Assembly (NCBI RefSeq): GCF_006345805.1
Contig: NC_042999.1
Location: 71,424,001-71,488,000, forward strand
Direction: 5' to 3'
Origin: Octopus sinensis
Taxonomy: Eukaryota
DNA: 64,000 bases
In this document: one piece after another, positions 1 through 11,589 of the stretch
How positions within the stretch are numbered: the first letter of the stretch is position 1
Layout of the letters: every line of letters starts with the position of its first letter
The notes under the pieces: generated by a model
Databases searched by the model: none
Told to the model about the DNA's origin: nothing
The model's input: the letters and a program-made list of their open reading frames with translations, nothing else
Made by a program: the position numbers and the translations under genes

Positions 1-81
1 AAAGGGATGGCAAATAAAACTATGTAACCTACTATATTAATATAATGATACAACCCCATAAAACTACAACACAGAGGTGTG

Positions 82-126
<45 letters not shown>

Positions 127-130
<4 letters not shown>

Positions 131-467
131 GGGTAAAGACCCCCTTCGGTCATGAATGACCATGGGATTGCACCTAGAAAGTTACCCTCCTAGACACAAG
201 TCCGGGCAAGGTTGTTTTTTTTTATGGAAGGCCAGCAGTCGCCCATGCATACCAGCCTCCCCTCTCCACGCCACCAGTGTTATCCAAGGGAAAGACAAAG
301 GTCGATACAGCTTGGCACCAGTGACGTCGCAACTCATTTCTACAGCTGAGTGAACTGGAGCAACGTGAAATAAAGTGCCTTGCTCAAGAACACAACACGC
401 AGCCCGGTCCGGGATTCGAGCTCACAACCTCACGATCGTAAGCTCGACGCTCTAACCACTGAGCCAT
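127..467 (-). mobile_element. tRNA-derived SINE, group B (CORE-like), near full length
   Basis: Reverse strand begins ATGGCTCAGTGGTTAGAGCG (A box) and GCTCGAATCCC (B box), then a CORE-like GTGTTCTTGAGCAAGGCAC segment, ending GGGGGTCTTTACCCCTTT next to (TA)n. Homologous copies at 15691 and 58213. Confidence 0.85.
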
Positions 468-610
468 ATATATACATACATGCATACATCTATATATATA
501 TGTATATATATATGTATATATATATGTGTGTGTGTGTGTGTGTTTGTGTGTATACAACTTATAAACAAGGGCAAAAGAAAATATATATATATATTTGTGT
601 ATGTATATAT

Positions 611-1289
611 GACTGACAAGGGAGGCTAGCTTCCTCAGCACCTGGACGTAACCAGATCATACTGATTTCGCATTTATATTTATGTTCGTTAATGACTCTC
701 ACCCAGCGCCTTGGTTTCCACTCATCTCATCCCGTCAGTTTATAAGAAAGATTATCATAGAAATCATACGCTGATTTCCTAAGTGGTAAAAGTGAAACTT
801 ATGAACAATAAGGGTGGCTGGTTAGCAATTTTACAACCGAAAGCCAGAAAGATATACGTCACTAAAGTGATGAGGGGCACTAGTCAGCACCAGTATTGCT
901 AGAAATAAGAGTTAAAACAACCACAGCCACAAGAAGCACTTATCTTAATGACTGATAAGATAAGTGCTTCTTGTGACTGTGAGTTGTTTTAACCACCCTT
1001 ATTATTTACAATTTTCACTTTTACCGTTTAGGAAATCAGCGTATGATTTCTACGATAATCTTATGAACTTACAAGGCGAATTGAGTTTAACCCAAGGTGC
1101 TAGGTGAGAGTTAATGACGTGCATTAATGTAAATGGGAAATCACTGTGATCTGCTTATACCTAGGCGCTGAGGGAGCTTGCTTCCCTTATCAGTCATTAA
1201 GATAAAGTGCTTCTTGTGGCTATGAGTTGTTTTAACTCTTATTTCTAGCAATACTGGTGCTGACTAGTGCCCTCAGTTACTTTAGTAAC

Positions 1290-1291
<2 letters not shown>
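611..1291. repeat. Nested/interleaved inverted repeats, unclassified
   Basis: 611-817 is the diverged reverse complement of 993-1195; 852-959 is the reverse complement of 1186-1291 (high identity); 911-993 is a hairpin with ~36-bp arms and a 10-nt loop. Confidence 0.85.
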
Positions 1292-1333
<42 letters not shown>

Positions 1334-2132
1334 GTATATATAATTGTATATATATATACAACTATTCAGATACAAAAACACAAACACACACACACACGCG
1401 CACATCCACACACACACACACGCACACACACACACACATACACACACACACACACTCACACACACTCTCTCACAAGACAATGATAAAAAGGAAATACAAA
1501 CAATTTATTGAAAAGTGACACTTTGCTCCCCTTGGAGAAAACAACTTGATTTACAATCACTGTAAGCCAATAAGAATTATTATTATTATTGACAAACATA
1601 CTAAGTGCAAGGAAATCAACAAAATTTCTCCTCTTCTACCTCCTTTCCATCTTTTTCCTTAATAACCCTTCCAGACACAAACACACACACACATACACAC
1701 ACACACACACAGACTCTCTCATGCCCCCCCCTGGAGTAAACATTCTGACCAGCTACAAAAAGACCAACAAAACAATTTTTTCTTCTTTCTCCCCCTTTTC
1801 TTCCCTTCCTTCTTTTTCTTTAACGCCCTTTCAGATACAAAAATCACACACACACACACATACACACACACGCACACACGCACGCATGCTATATGTCACT
1901 TTCTCCCCATTCACCACCCTCTTGTACTATCTTATATCCCTTCCCACCACTACACATTCAATAACACTATAAAATGGTCAAATTTTCCCCAAGAACTTAA
2001 TTCAATTTATATATATATATATATATTTTATCATTAATTAAAATCTTAGGGTAGCAAGAATATTCACCGAAAAATTCTTAGTTACCAGTGGTCTATCGAG
2101 AAAGAAAAAATTAGTCAATAGACTATATATTG

Positions 2133-2396
2133 TTCAGAGAAGAATACAGTGTACGTTCAAACACAAAATAAATACCCGAAGAATAGGATATCTGACTCGC
2201 TAGAAAGAGCAGTTAAAATCGTTGTAATTTTGAAAGTGATTGAAAAATAAAAAGGTAAAAGTTTTTATTTTTCAATCACTTTCAGAATTACAACAATTAG
2301 TGGCCTGGAGTTTTAACTGCTCTTTCTAGCGAGTCAGATATCCTATTCTTCGGGTATCTCTTTTGTGTTTCAACGTACACTGTATTCTTCTCTGAA
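2133..2396. repeat. Double fold-back (MITE-like hairpin)
   Basis: Outer arms 2133-2218 / 2311-2396 (~86 bp, few mismatches); inner arms 2221-2252 / 2263-2294 (one mismatch). Confidence 0.85.
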
Positions 2397-2412
2397 AAAA
2401 AAAATATATATA

Positions 2413-3700
2413 CATGGTGGGGAAGCAAAATTTACAATGAACATTAAGTTGTCTTTTCTCAGCAAGTACTAAGTCAATTATTTTGAAACCTAGCATATAT
2501 TGATGTCGTAATCATACCTAACACTACTATCCTTACCTTTTCAGAAACTTTTGCCCATATGAGTAATCAGGAAAGCAAATGTCAAAGAGTGTGTGATTTG
2601 CTGAATGCTCTCGTCACACCAAAGGAGATTTCAAGAATAGTTGGAGTGTCCATAAAGACTGTTTATAATGTAAAGAATAGAATGACTATGAGCAAAACTA
2701 TTATGAGGAGGTCTGGAAGTGGAGGAATCAACAAATACGTACCAAAGATTTTATTAAAGCTCTCAAATCCAAAATTCTAAAGGATCCAACCAAATCCATG
2801 AGAAAAATGGCAATTGAACTTGAGGTAGTGAACAAGACCATTAGAAATGCAGTAAAATATGATTTGAGGTTAAAATCTTACACAAGAACACCAAAACACT
2901 TGTTGACAACAGCTATGAAGGAAAAGAGATTGGAAAGGTGCAAGTAAATTATTACATGGTTCAAGAAAAAGTCCTCCATTGTAACGATCTTTTCAGATGA
3001 AAAGATCTTCAGTGTCGATGCTGTTCTGAACCGCAGAAATGACAGATTTATTGCAAAATCAACAGCTGAGGCTAAGGGGACATTCAAAACAAAACATTCT
3101 GCTCAAGTTATGGCTTTTGGAGTTGTGGTTTCCGATAGAAAGAAAGAGCGTATAAAATTCTACAAAGCTGATGAAAAGATCAATATTAATACTTACTATA
3201 AGACTCTGAGATACCCGGTATTGCCATGGCTTAAAGCAAATTACCCGGATGGCAATTATGTATGGACACAGGATGGTGCTCCACAACACACAGCTAGAAA
3301 AATACAAGATTTCTGCAAATCCAACTGTAGCAATTTTTTGGAATCATGTTTATGGCCACCTTCTAGCCCAGACCTAAACCCTCTGGATTATGCTATTTGG
3401 GGCGTTTTAGAACATGCTACCAATAGAACATGACACAGTAATGTCGACTCTCTTAAAGATACTATTAAAGAAAAATGGGAGACTTTGTCTCCCGAATTTT
3501 TGAGGAACACTTGCGTAAGTTTCAGGAAGCGTGTGAAGGCAGATATTGAGAAAGAAGGAGAACACATAGAATAAAAATATTTTCTGTTATGTAAATTTTC
3601 TTGTGGCAAATAATTCTCATGACTTTTAATAAACTAATTGGTCATACTATGTCTTTCAATCCCTGCCTCAAAATATTATAAATTTTGCTTCCCCACCCTG
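2413..3700 (+). mobile_element. Tc1/mariner DNA transposon, DD37D (maT-type), full length but inactive
   Basis: TIRs CATGGTGGGGAAGCAAAATTTA / TAAATTTTGCTTCCCCACCCTG (one mismatch), with TA on both flanks; contains a transposase remnant. Confidence 0.95.
2559..3574 (+). pseudogene. DD37D transposase pseudogene
   Basis: N-terminal HTH (MSNQESKCQRVCDLL...), FSDEK, QDGAP and WPPSSPDLNPLDY, with 37 residues between the 2nd and 3rd Asp. One frameshift near 2730; stops at 2945-2947 and 3431-3433; terminal TAA at 3572-3574. Confidence 0.92.
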
Positions 3701-4092
3701 TATATATATATATATATATATAGTTTTCTAGTTGTTTATCTATCTTCTGTGTGTGTGTGTGCCTCTGCACTTACTCTATTCGCCTGGAAAAGTTCGATGT
3801 GTGTGAGTGTGTGTTTATGTGTTGAATTAATTTACTTAACTGATTAAGGTGGTATGTATTGGTTGGGTAATGAAGTTGTGCGATTATTATGTGCCAGTAG
3901 ACTATACTTATAATAACATTCAGCTCTGTTAATTATATATAGCGCTCTTCTTTCAATTCTGATTTTCTACGGAAATTTTCAATATTATACATATATATAT
4001 ATATATATATATATATGGGTGTGTGTGTATCTATGTACGTACATACATGTGAATTCATATGTACAGGTTGATCTATCTATCTCTCTCACTTA

Positions 4093-4124
<32 letters not shown>

Positions 4125-4183
4125 ATATATATATTTGTGTATATATATATATATGTATACGCGCGCGCACACACACGCACACG

Positions 4184-4260
<77 letters not shown>

Positions 4261-4837
4261 GTGCATGCATACATATATTCGTGCAAATATGCACACATAC
4301 ACACGTTCCTCTTTAATATTATATAACACTGTTGTTATTGTTGAGTTGATTTATTCGAGATAATGAGATTTTCCAGCAAGTGCTCAAATGTCAAACGGCA
4401 AAAAAAATCAATACGACATGGTTCACTTAATGAAAGATAACTGTGAACTGCACAGCAAATGGATGGTCATGTCCTTTAAATCTGTAATAGATGCAGATGT
4501 AATTGCATATATTTTCACTTTCCCTAAATGTGGCATTTGCTTTCTCATCGCTTATAAACGCTTACTCTTTATAATCGTAGTGTTTCTCTTTGATAGCTCA
4601 ATTTCACACACTTATTCACAGCCATCTACAATAGACACATTTACGCTCACATTCACACAGATATACACACACACAAACGCACAGAAATACACACCCAGAC
4701 ATATATACTCATCTGTTATACCTATACTCATACTCACATTGTTACACGAGATATTGTAATTCTTTTGTACGAATTTATTTCGGAAGATCAGATTTTCATT
4801 CATCCACTGTATACAGCATAGTATTGTAACAAGTGAA

Positions 4838-4878
<41 letters not shown>

Positions 4879-5261
4879 TATGAGTGTGTGTATGTATGTA
4901 TATATTAAAATTGATCAAAGAACATACTAAGTATGTCTACCTGCTGGAAATAACAGTCAAAACTCTTATCTAAATCGCCAAAATACACTGATAATGACCA
5001 ACTGTCCGAAGATAAACGGGCTAAGACAATCTATCAGTTTACATTCAAGTATTTGGTCTCACGTGGACCGGTTTCCAGACTGGCATAATAGCCTAACCTT
5101 CCTCGGCACGCGTTACCATGACAAGGAGCCCCAACCCGTCGTGTCGAAATCTGCGTTGCAACTGATTCCTTTTGCACCGAATTCATGGCAGCTACCAGTG
5201 TGAAAATAATTTCAGTACGGAGCAAATAATTCACCGAGAACATTTTACACACGCACACACA

Positions 5262-5317
<56 letters not shown>

Positions 5318-5774
5318 CTGGATGACCCTTTCACAAAGAAGATCCTTTCGCTCGAGCAACCGAATTATCTGCCCTAAAATTTCCATGTACGTGACTTCGC
5401 ATTCCATAGAGACATGTACTCTTAACGTAATGTAATTCCTAGATAGAATGAGCGTGACAACTTGTATTACAAAGTGGTATATTTGGAATTGCATCTACAA
5501 TCCACCATACGGTTTTTGCCTACTCAGTTTGATCTCAGGGTATGGATCCACCCAAGGCTAAGGAAGATAAAATTTTCGCAAGATGGAACGCAATGAATTC
5601 GAACTACGCATTTAAGTGGACCCCCGTTAGACTTAATACTGCAGCTATTAACATTTAACAAAACATCTATTATGTGATATTGATATTATTTGCAATACTG
5701 AGCAGCTGCTAAGACAAAATTTGAAATTTGTTCTAGTTGTGCAGTGCTAATGTTTATCTTTTATCCCATTCTTG

Positions 5775-5979
5775 CGGTGGTCATTTGACTGTGACCATGC
5801 TGGGCTTCAGTTAAATAAAGGGTTTTAGTTACCTTGAAGAGTTTTCTTAATTGAATCGACTCCAGGACATTTATTTTACCGTGCCGTTTGGCGGACTGCT
5901 AAGTTACGGGGGCGTAAACACACAAACACCAGTTGCCAAGCGGTGATGGAGGAACAAACACAGACATACACATAGATAT

Positions 5980-6035
<56 letters not shown>

Positions 6036-6208
6036 CATATATATATATGCGACGGGCTTCTTTCAGTTTCTATCAAACGCACTCAAAAAACTTTGGTCGG
6101 TTCAAAGCTATAGTATAAGACACTTGTTCAAGGGGCCACGCATTGTGACTGAAACCGGAACCATGTGCTTGGGAAGCAAGTTTATTACCCCGAAACCACG
6201 ACTGCGCT
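5775..6208 (-). mobile_element. tRNA-derived SINE, group A (CORE-like head, internal (TG/TA)n), diverged
   Basis: Homologous to the intact copy at 60843-61258 (GACGGGCTTCTTTCAGTTTC, AAGACACTTG, GCTAAGTTACGGGG on the + strand). Confidence 0.8.
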
Positions 6209-7043
6209 TATAAGAAAATAGAGTTGTATATGGTTCAAGCTGGCTATTTCCGGATTCGTTTCGTAAGTGGGGCGAGTCGAAGATACCGATGAACAACAGA
6301 AACTGTGAAATATCGATATCTGTCGTTCTCGTTGATTTCTTAAAATACTTATATTTCTGGATGGGTTTGGTGTTTTCTTTTCCGTACATGCAAACTACCA
6401 ATTATCTCGAGCAGCTTGTTATTCCCATCTTTCAGAATAATCCTATGGGATGGTTACGTATGCAGAACTCCCTATAGCTTAGGATAAATATAGTTATAAC
6501 AAATTCTTTTTAAAATAGAAATTTATATATTCAGTTAAAGTATTGATACATACGCCTCTGTATAACACTAGTGTGTTTGTGACTCTCTTCTCACATCCAT
6601 ATATAAGTTTCTATCCTAAAAGAAATACTTTATTACTATATATATATATATATATATATATAATAAGGCATAGATATTCAAATGCGAATATTTATAAAGA
6701 TATTATTATTGTTATTACTATCTGAGGTAAATATAAATTGATAATAACAACATTCATATAGGTGGCTGCGTGCGTTAAATAGCGGTAGATACCTATACAA
6801 TTAACTTTTATACTTATCGTAAGGACACACGAAGCGCGTACCTGCTAGACACTGAAAAATCTAACAGATAACAACAGTAGTCGGGCAAACGATATAAAAA
6901 TAATATCTTTATAAATATTCGGTTTTGAATATTAACACCTTATTATAGATATTTTTACACTGAAGTTGTACTCAACTTGACTCGAAACAATTCAGAAGGC
7001 CCGCAGACGCCAACGTGACGAGCTGGATTATTCACTTGGTAAG

Positions 7044-7091
7044 ACTTGCTGAAGAGAGTTCAAGTTTATCACCAAAACTTGAAATCGTAGT
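7044..7091 (+). ncRNA. Decayed hammerhead-like motif in a probable PLE terminal repeat
   Basis: CTGAAGA (7049-7055), then a stem gagtt/aactt, then GAAA (7081); stems I and III are imperfect. Confidence 0.4.
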
Positions 7092-7270
7092 ATAAGTATA
7101 TCCCAATACCAAACTATATAGCATTAAACTGTGATATGTCATGTTTTTTTTGCTCGTTTGCCCGACTATTGTTGTTATCTGTTGAATTTCTCAGTGTCAT
7201 TGATGGTTAAGTTGAGGTTTCTAAGTACACATTATAGCAGGTTGGCTCTTCGTGTGTCCTTATGATAAAC

Positions 7271-7307
<37 letters not shown>

Positions 7308-8340
7308 CACGTATATATGTATGAAGAGAGAGATAGAGACAGAGAGACAGACATAGATATTGATTGAAAAATAGATAGATAATGCTATTACACAACTCCC
7401 CACTCTTATAATAGCCAATACATTCGAGATATGAACTAATATATAAAAGAGAAATCATATAGGAAGAACAAATAAAGAAACCAGCGATCATTATATCGTA
7501 ATGTTAGATGGTAGGACGTGTAGCATAAGGTGAGCTGAGAATTATGTATTAGAATATTTATAATGACAAGATCTGAGTAGAGGAATAAAACAGCAACAAC
7601 AATAGAAATAATTAAAGATGGTTTATAGAAATATTGATAAGAAATATGTCATTATCAATATTAAAATATAAACCTCAGCTTCATTATAAGAGTATCGGGG
7701 CATATGTATGTAAGTATGAATATATATATATATACACATATATATGTATGTATATACACATATGCATATATATAGCTATATATATACATAATATATATAT
7801 ATATATATGTACATTTATACATATGTATATGTATATACATCTATTTATATGTATATATATACATATATATATATATGTATCCATAAATACATATGTGTGT
7901 ATACATATACATATATATACGCACATACATATGTATACATATATGTATATATACATACACATACACATATATATATATATATTTCTATATACAGATGTAT
8001 ATATACATACACACGCATAAACATATATCAGTTAATATTTACATATGCATATACATAAATTCATGCATATACGCTTACACACATGAAGAATACAATACAC
8101 AAGTTTAACGTGTTGCATCTACACATACATTTAGAGGTATTGTCCGCTTCTGTAGTATGCCACGAACTTTGCGTCTGATGTTTATGTTTCAAAGGAACAC
8201 AATAGACTAATAAATTAGTATGTACAGAGTAATCACTAATTATCTATACGGATACACGCACACACACACACACACACACAAATAGACACACACATACTGA
8301 TAGAAGGTTAAACATCAAAAGCATATCTCACAACACATAT

Positions 8341-8560
<220 letters not shown>

Positions 8561-8674
8561 ACATAAGGAAAAGAGAGCGAGGGAGAGGAGAGAAAAAAAG
8601 CGAAGTGAAAGAGCCAACACAAAAACAAAAATTAATGAAACTTAATAATAATAATAATAATAATAATGATAATA

Positions 8675-9226
8675 AATGCCCTCATGCAGTACCAGACAGT
8701 GGCTCTCGTGGCTTCTGATATTAACTGATTAGAAGTGTTATCATATACATTGTTTTGTCTTGTTATAGATGGGCTACAGCAAATATTCAGCTCAATACCA
8801 CAGATTTGCTTGCCAGTTGTTTGACCTTAACCAGCTGAGCATGTCCCTTAGTGGCTGACGATAAATGCACCTGTGATCATGAGCAGAAGTAGTGGGGGCG
8901 TATCATAGCCATGTGTTGAAAGGAATTCTTTGAGGTTTGGATAATTCACCTTTCGAAACATAGCTGGTTCGTTCAACATCCTTAAACAATCCTTATTCAT
9001 GGACCTTTTGAGCGAGATGGGCTACTCGACCTGAAGAAAATTCTAACTGGGCTCCACCTTCAAGGTCATGCGCTGTTTATCTTGATATGAGATCACCATG
9101 TCGTGCATATATGGTTGTGATGCATGTGCCTGGTGTACCCTTATCAGACGGGTAGTCATGATGCGGATACTGGGCTTCGTATATTTTACCCCAGTGTCAC
9201 TTTGATGGCATGCACTGCTCTCTCAC

Positions 9227-9227
<1 letters not shown>
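8675..9227. mobile_element. ~550-bp unclassified interspersed repeat between two (AAT)n tracts
   Basis: Non-coding, GC-richer block bounded by (AAT)n at 8644-8675 and 9228-9262. It resembles an abundant octopus repeat as I recall it (not verified). Confidence 0.5.
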
Positions 9228-9265
<38 letters not shown>

Positions 9266-9270
9266 GTACT

Positions 9271-9449
9271 TCTTTCTACTATTGACACTAGGCCTGGGGA
9301 GGAGAATAGTCGATCACTTCAACCCCAGTACTTGACAGATATTAAATTTCTCAACCTCGAAAGAAAGAAAGGCCAAGTCGACCTCGGAAGAACTCAGGAC
9401 GCAAAAGCCTTTCCTTGCGTGCTATCGATTCTGCCAGCTCGCCGCCTTA
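9271..9449 (-). mobile_element. tRNA-derived SINE, group C
   Basis: Reverse strand begins AAGGCGGCGAGCTGGCAGAATCG, contains CCGAGGTCGAC..GCCTTTC, and ends at the (ATT)n tail. Homologous to 30290-30767 and 63664. Confidence 0.75.
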
Positions 9450-9555
9450 CTGCTGCTGCTGCTGCTGCTGCTGTAGCTGCTGCTGCTGCTGCTGCTACTA
9501 CTACTACTACTACTACTACTATACTACTACTACTACTACTACTTTCTTCGACTGC

Positions 9556-9618
9556 AACTCTTCAAGGCGGTACTCCAGCATGGCTGCAGACAAATGACTG
9601 AAACAAGTAAAAGACAAA

Positions 9619-9622
<4 letters not shown>
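9556..9622 (+). mobile_element. Isolated 3' tail of SINE group A
   Basis: AAGGCGGTACTCCAGCATGGCTGCAGACAAATGACTGAAACAAGTAAAAGA matches the 3' ends of the group A copies. Confidence 0.75.
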
Positions 9623-9666
<44 letters not shown>

Positions 9667-9813
9667 TATATGTATGTATGTATGTATGTGCGTTCGTGTG
9701 TGTGCGTATTTTAACTGTATATGTATGTGTATGTATGTAAATACGTATGTATGTATGTGTGCGTACGTATATATGTGCATGTGTGTGTATGTGAATATTT
9801 ACACATACATATA

Positions 9814-10638
9814 CAGGGGTTGGACAAAATAATGGAAACACCTTAACATTTCAAACAAATTTAATTTAATATGGGGTAGGACCGCCTCTGGCAGTATTAA
9901 ACAACTTGAATACTATGAGATATAGACTTGTAGAAAGTTTGAATTGTTTCCAAAGGAATATTTTCCCATTCTTCAGCTAGAACAGTCTCCAGTTCTTGTA
10001 GTGGTGATGGTGGAGGATATCGACTCCTTACTTGCTTTTCTAAAATGCACCATAAATGTTCAATAATGTTGAGATCTGGGGACTGTGGTGACGAGATAAG
10101 ATGTTCAACTTCACTAGAACGTTCCTCGTGCCATTCAATATCAATTTAGCCACGTGAATTGGTGTATTATCATCCTGAAAGATTGCGTTTCTCTCCATAG
10201 GATGAATTTGATCAGATAAAGTACTTTTGTGACCCTTTCTAACAATTCGCGCAAGAATCCGACGGTCCCTTCTAAAAGCTTTGATTTTCTTCCGGAGTTT
10301 TGTTTCGACAAGGAGGTTTTTCCTTCTTTCTCAAAGGCTGTCATTACTTTCAAGACAGCACTTCTTGATACACCAAACATTTCGGCTGTTTCCGTTAGCT
10401 AGCGCCTGCCATATAAACACCAACAATTTGACCTGTTTGAAAGTCAGACAGATCTGTCCTTTTAATGAATATCTGATGATATCTGAAAAGAAACAACAAA
10501 TTTTAGCAAAACATATTAAAGCAACACTAATAATAAATCGAAAAACATAAAAATAAACAAGCTTTTGACGGTTTTATAGATATTTCAAAATTATGATGCT
10601 ATGTTGCTAGGTGTTTCCATTATTTTGTCCAACCCCTG
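9814..10638 (-). mobile_element. Internally deleted Tc1-like transposon (probable DD36E spacing)
   Basis: Perfect 30-bp TIR CAGGGGTTGGACAAAATAATGGAAACACCT with TA on both flanks. The minus strand encodes an HTH (MFGVSRSAVLKVMTAFEKEGK...SGRKSKL) fused directly to FQDDNTPIH...SPDLNIIEHLW. Confidence 0.93.
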
Positions 10639-11394
10639 TATATTTCACGAATGTTTTCTGTTTCATATTTCTTATTCTATTGCAGAATATTGCAGAATAG
10701 AAAAAAAATCCATCATTATATTTTGTTGTCTGATTTTTCGTTTTTCTCTTTAAGCTGCAGAAATGTTAGACTAAGAAAAGTATTGATAAGTTAAGTAGAA
10801 ATTTCAAAACCGGATTCTCAGTGCTTATAGTATTTGAATATTAACGATATCTTTCCATTATTATATTGATTTCAGGAAAGATATCTTAAATTCACTTGGA
10901 TTTTATTTACATTTTTAAAGAAAATATTTTAAACTGTTGCTTATTTCATTTTGAGAACTGTATTTCTCTATTGAAATAACCAAGCATATGATTTTATGAA
11001 ATATTGAAAAACTACAACGTCAAAAAAAAAAAAAAGTAATAATAATATGAAGAAAAACACCACAGCTTAATCATCTAAGTGTCAAACTTTTAGTGGATTA
11101 TATTGATTGGGGTTTAAGACTTCTTAATATTTTTGTGCTGAAAATATCCGAGAAATTGTCTCTGGGTGAAAGGACCGGTTGATAAAAGTGATATAATATT
11201 TAAAAGTCGATTGATATATACACTCAGATGTAGAACTCTCATTTATTCTCAGGTAACAAGATCTCTTTGCCACATATTTTGACGTCAAAGAGAGGAGGAG
11301 AAATGCGACTTGGCTTATGTTTTCATGCAACGATTAGGCAAATACTATACATTAGTATACCGCTCCATGTTTTCAATAGATGCAGGCATAGCGT

Positions 11395-11520
11395 ATTTTT
11401 ATTTCGTAATCACGTGGTTCCGGTTTGAATCCCATTCTCACTGAGTGGCATCTTTGGTAAAATGTTGAGCTGTGAGTGAAACTTGATAAATGCAAACTAT
11501 GTAAAAACTCTCATCGTGCA
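11395..11520 (+). mobile_element. Decayed SINE group A fragment
   Basis: AATCACGTGGTTCCGGTTTGAATCCC...GTGGCATCTTTGG...GTGAGTG resembles the group A head. Confidence 0.45.
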
Positions 11521-11589
11521 TACAACTTAGATATTCCAAGTTACGGATATAATATGTATTTATATTCTGTTTAAGTTAGGGAGTGAGTT

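Noticed and set aside
156-353. Recurring ORF-track peptides such as MTMGLHLE..., RRASFSFRLPNPL... and ASVVKRC...
   Set aside because: They recur because they are read from SINE copies (groups A and B); they are not a gene family.
611-650. CTGACAA/CTGATAA plus a stem as an HHR in the nested inverted repeat
   Set aside because: The core is non-canonical and no GAAA follows.
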